Part shown: one piece after another, positions 25,499-38,815 of the stretch
How positions within the stretch are numbered: position 1 is the stretch's first letter
Layout: every line of letters starts with the position of its first letter
Assembly (NCBI GenBank): GCA_038087875.1
Contig: CM075998.1
Span: 3,970,001 to 4,034,000 of the forward strand
Length of the DNA stretch: 64,000 bases
Direction of reading: 5' to 3'
DNA from: Malacoraja senta
Taxonomy: Eukaryota
Notes under the pieces: generated by a model
Told to the model about the DNA's origin: nothing
What the model saw: the letters and a program-made list of their open reading frames with translations, nothing else
The model's database searches: none
Position numbers and translations under genes: made by a program

Positions 25499-27936
25499 TC
25501 TATCTTACTAAAAGTTTGATCTTGACCACTTCCTGTTGTTCTGTATATTGATTTTAGAAAAAACGCTGCCACTTACGGCTGTGATTTTTGGCGATCTTAC
25601 TCAGAGTCCTCCTCCGCTGCGCAGGACAAGAGGATTTTTCCCATCGATGAAAAATAAAAGAGTTATTAGTGTTTAAAAAATGTTGAGATTCTCTCTCCTG
25701 AAGGCCACGCCCCTTCCGGAGGGACTATAAAACCCGGAAGTGTTGAGTGCCTCAGTCAGTCTCTGCAAGATGGGGGAGCGAGAGGGTCACGTCTCTCAGT
25801 CTGAGCTGTGAATAACACTGAACACATGTCTACTAAACTGTGAGTGGTTTTACTGACCTGTCACTGCCCTTAATGTGGTTTGAAAATATAGTTTGGAAAT
25901 GCTAAAGCTGTGTTGCCTTTGGTTTGGAAATGCTAAAGCTGTGTTGCCTTTGGTTTGGAAATGCTAAAGCTGTGTTCCCTTTGGTTTGGAAATGCTAAAG
26001 CTGTGTTGCCTTTGGTTTGGAAATGCTAAAGCTGTGTTGCCTAATTAAAGTTGCCTTGCCTAATTAAAGTTGCCTTGCCTAATTAAAGTTGCCTTGCCTG
26101 ATTAAAGGTGCCTTGCCTAATTAAAGTTGCCTTGCCTTCTATATAATTAAATGTCTAATCTTGACCACTTCCTGTTTGCGCTTTATATTGATTTTAGAAA
26201 AAACGCTACCACGTACGGCTGTGATTTTTGGCCATCTTACTCAGAGTCCCCCTTCGCTCATCAGGTGCCGAGGGTTTTTCCCATCGATGAAAAATAAAAG
26301 AGTTATTAGTGTTTAAAAAATGTTGAGATTCTCTCTCCTATCAATCACGCCATGAAGGCCACGCTCCTTCTGGTGGGAGGGGGGGAGGGACTATAAAACC
26401 CGGAAGTGTGGGCATTACTCAGTCTCTGCAAAATGGGGGAGGGAGAGGTCACGACTCGCTGTCTTTAGTGGCCTTGCAACCTGTTTGAAATGGTATGAAA
26501 CTGCACTTGAATTTGGTGGCCTTGCACCCTGCTTGAAATGGAATTTCAAGGAATAGCCGTGAGCCAACTGCCAGCCCACAAGCCGTGAGTGAGTGAGCTG
26601 CCAGCACAACAGGCTTGAGTAACTGAGCCGCCAGCCCAAGAATCCATTCGGCCCACAATGTCCATACTAGCCCTCTGGAAACCAGTCCCTTCAGCCCACA
26701 ACACCCATACTAGCGCTCCAGAAAGCCCCCCCCCCCCCCGCACCACTGGCCACCAATATTGGAATAGGTGGAGGTGGAATATTGCGTTGGGGGACCAGCC
26801 CTCCCGTGTGATGCTGGGGCCCAACGGGTCCCTCTTAGTCTAGTATATTACTAAAACTCTCATCTTGTTTGGATGTCTGCCTGTCTGCCTGTCTGCGTGC
26901 GTGCGTGTGGGATCCTGAAATTACGACAAAATTGTACACGATATCACTAATTTTTTTGCACCACCTTACTCACAATTGTCTTGCGGTGTGTTTTCAACAA
27001 ATTTCGTTCAGCTTGATGTTATATTTTACAAGTTATTAACATTTTTAGATTTACAAAATCCCACTTTGAAACCAATAACTTCGTGCTGTGCCAGATGCTG
27101 GCAGTTACAGCTATGACATCACACTGGGATCTCATTTGCAACAATGTTGCAATCATAGAACACTTAGTGCTGGCAGAGTGAGGCTGAACAGGAGGGGGAG
27201 GGAGTGCTGGGGGAGGCAGGGGAAGTGGAATTGGATTTTTTTTTAAAGTCCTGGCAGCAAGTGCTTGCATTTTTTTTTAAGTTTAAAAAGAGGGAGGATG
27301 AGGGGCTATGGGTGAGTGGTGGAATATTACGTTGGGGGATCGGGTTGCGTTGGGGGACCAGACCTTCCCAATGGGTCCCACTTGGTCTAGTATATTGCTA
27401 AAACTCTCATCTTGTTTGTTTCTACGCCAAAACGGTACATGATAGCGCTAAAGATTTTGCGCCACCTTACTCACAATTGTCATGTGGTGGTTTGTGTCAA
27501 GTTATGTTCAGATTGATGTTATATTTCACAAGTTATTTCACATCTTTTAATTTAAACAAAATCCAAATTTGTCCAAATTTTTTTCCCTCTGTAGCTATGA
27601 CTTCACAATGGGATTGTAACCCTACCAGCTACAATGTTGCAATCCCGGGAGACTCAGCCTGCAATGTTGCAATCCCGTTTTTTTTAAAATATTCCTGGCA
27701 GCAAGTATATTCCTGGCAGCATGGAGGGAGGGTGCATTTAAAAAAATATTTTAAAGTCACAGTACACTGAATTTTTTAAAAGTTTAAAATGAGGGAGGGT
27801 GAATAAGGCGAAATGAGCAGCCCCAGCGCAGTTGGGGGCTATGGGTGAGTGGTGGAATATTGCGTTGGGGAACGGGTTGCATTGGGGGACCAGGCCTCCC
27901 ATGTGACAGGGACCCAACGGGTCCCACTTGGTCTAG
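25499..27936 (+). mobile_element. Tandem array of four non-autonomous Helitron-like units
   Basis: 5' TC starts (TCTATCTTACTAAAAG 25499, TCTATATAATTAAA 26138); 3' hairpin GGGACCC-AAC-GGGTCCC followed by CTAG at 26840-43, 27387-90 (hairpin partly deleted) and 27933-36; no TSD; the interrupted CR1-tail sequence resumes at 27937. Confidence 0.8.
25891..26136. repeat. Minisatellites inside the Helitron: ~5x31 bp then 5x19 bp
   Basis: Units GTTTGGAAATGCTAAAGCTGTGTTGCCTTTG and TAATTAAAGTTGCCTTGCC. Confidence 0.95.
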
Positions 27937-28199
27937 TATCTCTCTAAACCTCTCATATCCATGTACCTGCTCAAATGTCTTTTAATGACCAACGAAAGAA
28001 GTTAGGTATTGTGTTAGATAAAAAGAAGACGTAATACTACAAAAAAAGAGTAATAAGCATATTTGGAGAATATGAAAAACAAAGGGAAAAAATGAAGAAA
28101 AAAGTAAATATAGAATATGTGAGTGAACTACTAAGAATTATAAAAATAGACTGTAAAAGTTAACACGTAGAAAGTGCAGGGGAATATTAAAGATAAAGT

Positions 28200-29400
28200 T
28201 GGATCATTTTAGAAAAAGTGGGCCACTGCTGGAATTAGTGCTTTGGTCCCAGCTATTCATGAACTATCTCAATAATTTGGCTGAGGGGATCAAATGCTAT
28301 ATTTCCAAGTTTGCTGATGCTATTAAACTATTGTGCATCAGGATAATGTAAAGAGGCTTCAGGAGAAAATAGACACGCTGAGTGGGTGGGCAAGAACGTG
28401 ACGGATGAAACATAATATAGAAAAATGTGACATTATCAAAGTGGAAGAGTAGGGTATTTTTTACATGATGAGATTGGGTAGTTGATTTCCTAAGGGGGGC
28501 TGGGTGTCTTTGTACACAATTCACTGAAAGCTATCTTACAGGTTAGCAAGAAGTTAGAGTGGCAATAGAAAATGTTTGAACTTTATTACGAGAGGATTTG
28601 AGCACAGGAGTAAGGATGTTCTAATGCAATTATATCAGACCTTGATGAAACCACACCTGAAATATTGTGTGTAGATATATGTTCCTTAACTTTAGTTTAA
28701 GTTTAGAGATACAGCGCGGAAACAGGCTCTTCGGCCCACCGGGTCCATGCCGACCAGCGATCCCTGCACACTAACACTATCCTACACACACTAGGGACAA
28801 TTTACACATACACCAAGCCAATTAACCTACAAACCTGTACATCTTTGGAGCGTGGGAGAAAACCGAAGATCTCGGAGAAAACCCACGGAGGTCACGGGGA
28901 GAACGTACAAACTCCGTACAGACAGCACCCGTAGTCGGGATCGAACCCGGGTCTCTGGCGCTGTAAGGCAGCAACTCTACTGCTGCACAACCGTGCCGCC
29001 CTAATACCTTTACTGAACTAGATAGAATTGGCACAGTTGGAATGCAGAAAAAATTCACTGGACTAGTTACAGAGATAGTGGGTTCGCTGTATGAGGAGAG
29101 ATTGAGTAGATTAGGCTTATGTTGTCCAGAGTTCAGAAGAAATTGTGGAGTTCTCATTGAAATTTCCAAAATTCATTCAAGGCTTGGCAGGAAGAATGTT
29201 TCCCCCGGCTGAGGAGAATGGACCTAGGGGTCAGTTTTAGAATAAGGGGCAGGCCATTTTGGAAGGAGACAAGGAGAAATTCCTTTGCTCAGACAGTGGT
29301 GAATCTTTGGCATTCTCTGCCCTGGAGGGCTGTGGAGGCTAATTGTGAGTTCATTCAAAACAATGGTTTCTGAACTTTGGCTAAGATGGAAATTAGTTTA
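28200..29400 (+). mobile_element. Old decayed CR1, interrupted by an HE1 SINE (28691-29000, minus)
   Basis: Degraded RT motifs (ISKFAD, LYQTLMKPHLKYCV); full SINE in the middle. Confidence 0.8.
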
Positions 29401-29492
29401 AAACGTTAAGACAGCACATGAGCAAAGGTATTGATTTAAATAAATATTTGGAAAAATCCTCAATTAAATTATATTTATTCCATTGACTTTGT

Positions 29493-29778
29493 GGGTGGCA
29501 CAGTGGTGCAGCGGTAGAGCAACTGCCTTACAGCACTGGAGACCCGGGTTCGATCCTGACCATGGGTGCTGTCTGTACATAGTTTGCATGTCCTCCCTGT
29601 GACCACGTCTGTTTTCTCCGGATGCTCCGGTTTCCTCCCATATTCCAAACACGTGCAGGTTTGTAGGTTAATTGGCTTTCGTAAATTGTCCCTAGTGTGT
29701 AGGATAGAACTAGTGTACAGGTGATCGATGATCGGCGTGGACTCGGAGAGTCGAAGGGCCTGTTTCCATGCAGTATCT
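29493..29778 (+). mobile_element. HE1-type SINE
   Basis: Family match. Confidence 0.9.
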
Positions 29779-30254
29779 TTCCATTCAATTACTTGTGGCA
29801 TAAGAGGCCACTCATGTCCTGGGCCTCCTCTATTATCAGAGTAAGACCATATGCAAACTGGAGGAACAGCACCTCATGCTTACAACCCAACTGTATGATT
29901 AATTGTGTCTGGGATTAAAGTAATTGTATTATTGAAGAAAAAGTATTAGCTAAACTCTCTGGTCCAGGGATGACTAAATCTATTCAGACATCTTTCTTTG
30001 AAGTCAATTATGAGTGTTGCCATATTGTAAGTGGTCAAAGATCCTGGACCAATAGTTCCTTCTTTCTCCTTTTTGTTTGGTGGTAATGGAGTACTATGTA
30101 GCATAAGGGTAAATGCTAAAAATTATGCAAGTGCACCGAGTGAAAATTTTATCCAAGCTGATTTACTACATGTACTCTGATATGTATTGAGGAAATTCCC
30201 AGCAAGTGTTCTACAAATAATCTTGTTTGTTTTCCTAGATTAATAGGAAACATG

Positions 30255-30585
30255 CAGGAAACATGTTCCCGATGTTGGGGGAGTCCAGAACCAGCGGCCA
30301 CAGTTTAAGAATACGGGGTAAGCCATTTAGAACGGAGACGAGGAAACACTTTTTCTCAGAGCGTTGTGAGTCTGTGGAATTCTCTGCCTCAAAGGGCGGT
30401 GGAGGCTGGTTCTCTGGATACTTTCAAGAGAGAGCTAGATAGGGCTCTTAAAGATAGCGGAGTCAGGGGATATGGGGAGAAGGCAGGAACAGGGTACTGA
30501 TTGGGGATGATCAGCCATGATCACATTTAATGGCAGTGCTGGCTCAAAGGGCCGAATGGCCTACTCCTGCACCTATTGTCTATTT
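30255..30585 (+). mobile_element. CR1 3' fragment
   Basis: Near-identical to 14710-15050. Confidence 0.9.
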
Positions 30586-31299
30586 CTGTAGCATCTTTTA
30601 TAAACTTAGGATATCCAAAAGCCACAGCTAATTAAGTATTTGTTTTTAATGCAGTCATTGTTGTTTGGCAGGAAATGGGGCAGACCATGTACACACACAA
30701 GAAGCTCCTGCAAGAGGCACTGTGTGACAATAACCAGGTTTTGATGTTTGTGTAGGAAGGAAGTGCAGATGCTGGTTTACACAAAAGATAGACACAAAAT
30801 TCTGGTGTAACCCAGCGTGTAAGGCAGCATATCTGGAGATCCTTCTCTCTGGAGATGCTGCCTGTGTGTCTCTCTCCCCCCCCGGGAACTACTCCAGCAT
30901 TTTGTGTCTATCTTTGATGATGTTTGGTTGTTAACTAAATATTGCCAGAGACAGGTGCGAAAATTTGCTCTGCCCTTTGAAATACTTGTTAAAGGAAGCT
31001 TTTCACACCCACCTGAGAGCTGTAACCTGAGTTTCAATCTAATTCATCTGATGCAAGCACTGTGCAGTTTCCACAGCACTACACAGGAACATAGAAACAT
31101 CAGCCTGGATGTTTTTGTTGTTGTTGTTGTTGTTGCTGTTGTGCTCAAGTCTTTGGGGTAGATTTGAATGCACAACCATTGCACTCAGTGGCAGCCGCTG
31201 AGCTGCAGTAAAGAGTAACTGCCGGCTTTACACATGTCCACTTCCTCCTGCGTCTGGAACAAGGCCGCCTCCATGGAAGTCCTGGTGCAAATAGTCGCA

Positions 31300-31900
31300 T
31301 TCTACACTTTTCAGGGCGAGTCACGCACGGCCTGAGGTCTCGGCCTGTGCAGGGACGGGGAAGCGATGACAAAAAGGCGTGCAGCTCCCCGCCACATTCC
31401 GCACACAGCGGCGGCCTGCCTCTACGCACAAACCCGTGACGTCACAAGCACGGAGCACCTGTTGACGTCACTGAGTGGGCAGGAAGGTGTGACGCAGCAC
31501 GCAGGCGCCGGAGCCGGCGAGATTATTTTCTTTCTTTTCTCTTTTTATTTCTCCGCCGTTTGGTTTCTTTCTCATTTCCTTCTTTGTGTTTTCTTCCTTC
31601 CCCTCCCTCCTTCTCTCTCTCTCACTCCTCGCAAGGCGAAGCTTTGGGTTTCTCCACCCCCTCCTCCTCCTCCTCCTCCTCCTCCTCCTCCCCCTTGGTC
31701 GGCAACGGTCGGTTCGTGGTGCGAGCGCCGAGCGCGGAGTTTCTGAGGCGTCGGCCTGAAGGCGAGTTGTGAGGCGGTGAGTGGGAGGCAAAACGTGGGA
31801 GGCCTTCGGGGGGGTGGGGAGTGCAGGGTGGGGGGCGGGGACAGTGCAACGGCGGACAGACGGTGGTGGGTGGGGGAAAGGGTCAGGGCTCCAGGGGCAC
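31300..31900 (+). promoter_or_regulatory. CpG-island promoter with tandem CRE/ATF sites
   Basis: Non-repeat CpG-dense stretch; TGACGTCA at 31437-31444 and 31463-31470, TGACGCA at 31490-31496, ETS-like CAGGAAG at 31480-31486. Confidence 0.8.
31500..31776 (+). other. Probable non-coding first exon of an unidentified gene (start approximate)
   Basis: Follows the CRE cluster; pyrimidine-rich leader without ATG; ends at consensus donor CG|GTGAGT (GT at 31777-31778) followed by a G-rich intron start. Confidence 0.65.
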
Positions 31901-33694
31901 ATGCGAAAAGCACCAGGGAGCATGCTTGCTCACGACCCAGTCAAATTAAGTTTGAGTCCATGTACTTCCAGGGTGTCTTCACTGCAGGGTCACTCATACT
32001 TACTGGATTTTCATCGTTTCACATGCTTGTTTTATGCCAGAGGTCGTATTATGCCATGATCCCATTGTGCTTTAGAGCCATCAGGGTTTAATACTCGCCG
32101 CACATTAATGATGTCTTTCCAACATCAAGACCCTCTAAAGGGTTGGCTTGACATCTGGAGGATAGGGAGGGACAGTTTGATGTATACATTGGTACACAAA
32201 AGTGCTGGAGAAACTCAGCGGGTGCAGCAGCATCTGTGGAGCGAAGGAGATAGCACCCGCTGAGTTTCTCCAGCAATTTTGTGTAACTTCGATTTTCCAG
32301 CATCTGCAGTTCCTTATTTAACACTTGATGTATACATTCATGTACTGAGTGAAAATGTGCTGAGTTCTGTTAGCCACGTGTAGGTGGCATGTGTGTTTGC
32401 CTGGATAACATGCTGGGCAGTATCCTGAACTTATTTAAGAATGTGCCATGATGAAATGTGAAAGGTTCCTGCTAAAAGCCTGACCTCTTCTTTCATCTGG
32501 GCCATTTTTTTTCAGGATACAAGTCCTTGGATCAGTTTTTTCATTTCCCTGGAATAATAGAGATTTTGCTTGTGGTACAATTAGTCAACAACTCCATGTG
32601 ATTACTGGAAAGAAGGTAGAGCATAAATTAGGTGGACCTTCAACAAGCATCCAGTGAATTGATGTGCATCCTTGCCCAGGAATGGAATGGCCAATGATAA
32701 TTCTTCAAAGTTCCATTGGTACTAAAAGCCTAATTGCATCTAGATTCTTAACCGTGGCAATGCTGATCGAAAGAAAGGGTTGCAATTTCATGTTCTTGGA
32801 ATATCTAGAAACATTTTGCAGCTAACAAGGCAATTTGAGAGTGCAATCACTAATGCCATGGAGAAAACCCCCCAACGTTCTTGTGTATAGCAAATTGGAT
32901 AAGGCAGAATTCATTGAATGACGTTGAGGTTAGGAATTTTGTTCCATGAATGTTAAGGATAAATCTTGGTTTAAATGCAAATCATCATTAAGGTTTGTCA
33001 CGGAGTGTTTGTTTTGTACTGTACTTTTTCTCTGATATGCTTTCATTTTTTGATTGAGTGTGTTGAATCCTTGCAAATTCACTTGGTCACTGTCCACTTA
33101 GTTTGTCCATCTAATGTGAGAACTTCTGGATGTGACATAATTTTGCAGCATCCCAGAAGTACTATTTCTTTTGAATCTTTGTGCCTTAAAAGGTCTAGCC
33201 TTTTCCCCGATTATTAAGGAAAACATTGTGGGGACTTTATTCTTTTCATCCTCCTAAATTATAGCAAACAATTCTTTGCATCACAGCAAGCGAGGTGTCT
33301 AATGTCTTGAGAACTCTTAGCAACGTATCAGAAAGATCCCACTGAGTGGGAGATCCAGGATAAGGCAGTAAAATGCACTTTTGCAAGAGGAGAGCTGGTT
33401 GTGGGTTTGGTGGACTATCATGACCCTTGACTTGTCACTGCGTATTGTATTGGGGAAGTAGTTTTTTTATTCATTGACAACATGTGAGCATCACTGACAA
33501 GACTAGCAATTGTTCTCTTTGAGGTGGTAACGAGCTGGCAGTTTGAGCCGTAGCTGTGTGTGTGGTGAAATGAATCCTTTCAAAATTGGAAGGGTCTAGG
33601 TGCAATGATGATGTCGGAATCTTTTTCCAAGTCAGGATCGTGTGAAGTTTGTAGGTGATGGTGTTCCTGTCTGCCTGCAGCCCTTCTTCCAAGT

Positions 33695-34142
33695 CGCTGG
33701 TTCTCAACTTCTGTACGTGGACCAACATTGGGCTGTGAAGGATTGAAACTGGGTTGTCAGGAGGTCCAAAAATTAAAGATGAATTATGGGAAATTGCAGC
33801 AAATGTTGAATCGGTTGCTCTGCAGCCTTGCAGCTGTTGTGCAAGTTTCAGCATGCAAGGGGCTGGCAGGTAGGCCAGTAGGAGCATTTGGTGTCATCAC
33901 AATATTCATTATGAGTCATTTATTTAAAACTTTAATTTTGTTTTCAATTATTTAATTTGATTTTTATTCAATGCTTTAACTTTGTGATTAATAAGCTGAA
34001 AAGCCAAAATAGAATGTTTTGAAAATCGAGTCATTTTTGACAGAATTATCAATTCATTTATCATGCTATTTTAAATCATTGACCATGAGTCCAAATGTTT
34101 GATCAATTTTTGGCTGCGGATGAAAAATGTTGGGAGCCACTG
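33695..34142. mobile_element. Old hAT/Charlie-like MITE
   Basis: Degenerate TIRs CGCTGGTTCTCAAC / GTTGGGAGCCACTG; 8-bp flanks TTCCAAGT vs TTCTATGT. Confidence 0.45.
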
Positions 34143-34734
34143 TTCTATGTGGTGGAGATCAGAGGCTCAGAAAATGTGAATAAGCATTAATGCAGTGCAT
34201 TTTGAAGATGGTACACACTGCAACTGTGCTGCACTGATGGAGGAAGAGAATGTGTACATACGATGGTGAATGATGTGCCAATCAATTGGTGTTTAGCTTA
34301 GAATGTTATTAAAGCTGTATTCTTTGAGATAGTGGAGACACTTCTAAAGTGGTGCATTGTAGGTGATGGAAAGGCATCAGGAAATGAGTCACTTGCTACA
34401 GGTGCTGGCCTTGACAGGATGGATGTGGAGAGGGTGTTTCCTTTTGTGGGTGAATCTAGAATTAGGGTTCACTGCTTAAGAATAAACAATTGCTCATTTG
34501 CGACAAATGAAGGAATTTATTCCTCTGGGTATGGTAAGTCTTTGGAATTCTCTTTCTCAGGGGTGGTGAAAACGGAGTCCTTGAATATTATCGAGGCAGA
34601 GATGGATTCTTGATAAGCGTGGGGGTAGTTGGAAATGCAGTTTTGCTGCGATCTGATCAGCTCCGATCTTATTGAATGGCATAACAGGCTTGAGGGGCCG
34701 TAGTATACTCCGGCTGTGACTTCCTAAATTCGTA

Positions 34735-36300
34735 TGACCACAGTATGCCACAGTATTTATGTAACTCTTCCAGCTGATTTTCTGGTCATTGGTGACACCC
34801 AGGATGTTAATGGAGGATTGGGTGAGGGGAATACAGTTGAAGGAAACGCTCTCTTGTTGAAGATTATCATTCCATGGCACCTGTGTAGCATGAATAATTT
34901 CAGCCCACACCTAAATGCATGCAGGAATGGATTGTTTAATGTTCTGAGGAGTTGAACAGTGTGGAATCACTGGAGTCCTAATTTCTGACCTTTATGATAG
35001 AGAAAAGGTCATTAATCAAGCAGCTGAACTCCTCCAGCAATGTCCAAGGGTTGACTAGATTGGTCTCCCACAACATGCTCCTTCGTACAAGTCATGGTTC
35101 CAGCCTGTGGAACCATTGATTTTATTTTACAAGGCCTCCTTGATGTTACACTTGCTCAAACACTATTTACTTTTAAGAGTAGTTACTCTTGCCTTGCCTC
35201 TGGTTGCTCTTTCGTCCTTAATTGGGTTAACCGGAGGAGTTAACCAGTGTGAAAGGATAATCGATGATTGATATGGTCTTGGTGGGCTGAAGGTGTAGGA
35301 AGGAACTGCAGATTCTGGTTTAAACTGAAGATAGACACAAAATGCTGGAGTAACTCAGTGGGACAGGTAGCATCTCTGGAGAGAAGGAATGGGTGACGTT
35401 TCGGGTCGAGACCCTTCAGATGGGGCTGAAGGGCCTGTTTCCATGCTGTATCTTTCAATCAATGAATCAAGCTTGTAATGAGGCCAGGAACTGGATGTCC
35501 ATACTAAGCCCAAACTAAAATTGAATGTACAAGTTATCAATAGCTGGCATTTGATAACACTGTTAAGGACACTTTGCTACTGATTAAAAGTAGGCATGGG
35601 CAATAATTAGCTGGATTGTGGCCAGCCGCCACCTATGAACTACTGTCTTTTGATGAAAGTGTTCCCGCAGAGTTTTTGGGCAGGGAATTCCAGGAGTTAG
35701 ACCCAGCAACAAACAACAAAATATAGGATCTCGACCCAAAATGTCGCCCATTCCTTCTCTCCATAGATGCTGCCTCACCCGCTGAGTTACTCCAGCATTT
35801 TGTGTCTACCATCCTGGTGAAGATGGTGTGCATCTTAGATGGGAACATGCAGGTGGTGGCATTCCTACTTGCTTGTGGCCTTTCTTCTTCTTGGTGGTAG
35901 AGGTCACAGATTTGGGAGGTTCTCTTGAAGTAGCCATTGTCAACAACTGCATTTTGTAGATGGTACACACAGCAGCTGTTGGAAGACAGAATGAAAATGT
36001 AGAATGGGTGTCTTGATACCAGTCTCAATTAAATGTGTCACCCTTGCCTCACCTCTGGAATCCAGTTCTTTGGTCCATGTTTGGATCAAGGCTGTGATGA
36101 GATCTGGAGCAGAGTAATCCTGGCAAAACAAACTGGGCACCAGCAAGCTGCTGGAGACACCAGGGATTGCAGATGCTGTAAACAGCATTGCAGAAACTAG
36201 TATTCTGCCAATTGCATCCTGATGGTCGAGAATGGGACTAGGTGTGTGGCTGAAAGCTGGAGCATGGCCAGGATTGGGAACCAGGGATTGGAGTGTGGGT
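34735..36300 (-). mobile_element. Old CR1-group LINE fragments, interrupted by SINE and Penelope pieces
   Basis: SINILGVTNDQKISWKSYINTVA and SAPDLITALIQTWTKELDSRGEARVT in minus-strand ORFs. Confidence 0.65.
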
Positions 36301-37437
36301 TGAAACAGGGGAATCACTTCAAGAGATGAATCTAAGAATTTCTTTTTTTGTTTTTGAAGCGCTCAGCAGGGATAATGGAATAATCCCTTTTTTCTGCAGT
36401 ATTTTAGTTTAGTTCAGAGATACAGCGTGAAAACAGACCCTTCAGCCCAACAAGCCTGTTCCGACCAGCAATCACCCGTACACTAGTTCAATCCTACACA
36501 CTATGGACAATTTGCTGGAGCCAACAAACCTGCAATTCTTAGGGATATGGAAGGAAACCGGAGAACCTCGATAAATTCCACCTGGAAATTGGTGCACTCT
36601 TTCGGCCATTTATGTTTTGCTCCTGTGTGATCCTGACACGAGACCTAAAGGTTCTAAATACCGTCCCAAATACTCCTCCTCCAATTTGAGCAGTTAGGGG
36701 CCACAGATTCCCAAGTGTCAGTGGGGTGCTGCACTTCAAGGAACACGTCATCATGTCCTCAATCTTACTCTGTCCTCCAGATAATCTCTTCTAATGGGAG
36801 AGCTCCGAGTACATGAACTAAATGGCCAGCGCAATGCAGACAACTGTGCGTAGCCAGGACTTCAATGCTGGGGATGTTGACCTGGGAGAGAACACTGCTG
36901 TTGGTTTGTTTAAATTTGCAGATAATTGGTGACATGGTGAAGAAATGGTTCCAATGTGTGATCATGAGTAAGGAATGAATACCCAGGGGATCTCAGAAGC
37001 ATACAGCAACAAGGAGTTGTGTCCAACCATGCTGACTAGAGAGGGTTCTTCCTGTTTCTGTTTGGTGTTAACTGGTCTAATGCATGAGGATATACAATGC
37101 CCTCCATAATGTTTGGGACAAAGACCCATCATTTATTTATTTTTCTCTGTACTGCACAATTTGAGAATTGTAATAGAAAAAAAATCACATGTGGTTAAAG
37201 TGCACATTGTCAGATTTTAATAAATGCCATTTGTATGCATTTTGGTTTCACTATGTAGTTTCCACATGGTGAAACCAAAATGTATAAAAATGGCCTTTAA
37301 TAAAATCTGACAATATGCACTTTAACCACATGTGATTTTTTTTCTCTATTACAGCAGTGTTTATACATAGTCCCCCTATTCCAGGGCACCATTATGTTTG
37401 GGACACAGCAATGTCATGTAAATGAAAGTAGTCATGT

Positions 37438-38453
37438 TTAATATTTTGTTGCATATCCTTTGCATGCAATGACTGCTTGAAGTCTGCGATTCATGGACAT
37501 CACCAGTTGCTGGGTGTCTTCTCTGGTGATGATCTGCCAGGCCTGTATTGCAGCATCTTTAGCTTATGCTTGTTTTGGGGGCTAGTCCCCTTCAGTTTTC
37601 TCTTCAGCATTTAAAGGGCATGCTCAATTGGGTTCAGATCGGGTGATTGACTTGGCCATTCAAGACTTGACAATTTTTGTGCTTTAAAAAACTCCTTTGC
37701 TGCTTTAGCAGTAATCATTGGGATCATTGTCTTGCTGTAGAATGAACCGAGGCATTTGTTTGAACTTGAGCAGATAGGATGTGTCTACACTTCAGAATTA
37801 ATTATGCTGCTACCATCAGCAGTTGTATCATCAATGAAGATAAGTGAGCCAGTACCTTCAGCAGCCATACATGCCCAGGACATAACACCCCCACCACTGT
37901 GTTTCACAGATGAGGTGGTATGCTTTGGATCTCGGGCAATTCTTTCTCTTCTCCATACTTTGCTCTTGCCATCACTCTAATATAAGTTAATCTTCGTCTC
38001 ATCTGTCCACAAGACCTTTTTCCAGAACTGTGGTTGCTCTTTTAAGTACTTCTTGGCAAACTGTAACCTCGCCATTCTATTTTGCGGCTAACCAGTGGTT
38101 TGCATCTTGCAGTGTAGCCTCTGTATTTCTGTTCATGAAGTCTTCTGCGGACAGTGGTCATTGACAAATCCACACCTAACTCCTGAAGAGTTTCTGATCT
38201 GTCGGACAGGTGTTTGGGGATTTTTCTTTATTATAGAGAGAATTTTTCTGTCATCATCTGTGGAGGTCTTCCTTGGCCTGCCAGTTCCTTTGTGATTAGT
38301 AAGCTCACCAGTGCTCTCTTTTTTCTTAATGATGTTCCAAACAGTTTATTTTGGTAAGTCTAAGGTTTGACTGATGTCTCTAACAGTTTTATTCTTGTTT
38401 CTCAGTCTCATAATGGCTTCTTTGACTTTCATTGGCACAACTTTGGTCCTCAT
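37438..38453 (-). pseudogene. Tc1 transposase pseudogene
   Basis: MRTKVVPMKVKEAIMRL...TGRPRKTS...WKKVLWTDETKINL...GGGVMSWACM...ILQQDNDP...KGYATKY*, with stops and frameshifts. Confidence 0.9.
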
Positions 38454-38815
38454 GTTGATAAACAGCAATAAAAGTTTCCAAAGGTGATGGGAAGACTGGA
38501 GGAAAGACTAGGTGCTGAGAGCTCTCTTATACCTGTATTAAGGAGGCATTTAAACACACCTGAGCAATTACAAACACCTGTGAAGCCATGTGTCCCAAAC
38601 ATTATGGTGCCCTGAAATGGGGGGACTATGTATAAACACAGCTGTGATTTCTACATGGTGAAACCAAAATGTATAAAAACAGCCTTTAATAAAATCTGAA
38701 AATGTGCACTTTAACCACATGTGATTTTTTTTTTCTATTACAAATCTCAAATTGTGGAGTACAGAGGCAAGTAAATAAATGATGGGTCTTTGTCCCAAAC
38801 ATTATGGAGGGCACT

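Noticed and set aside
25891..26136. CRISPR-like repeat array
   Set aside because: Units are contiguous with no unique spacers; eukaryotic minisatellite inside a Helitron.
30600..31090. Possible ancient Deu-domain SINE remnant just upstream of the promoter (similar traces near 56230-56400, 60040-60145, 63140-63245)
   Set aside because: Resemblance from memory only and too decayed to support without a profile search.
31366..31923. ORFs across the CpG island
   Set aside because: Alternative starts, low-complexity content from (CCT)n, no homology; better read as promoter/5'UTR.
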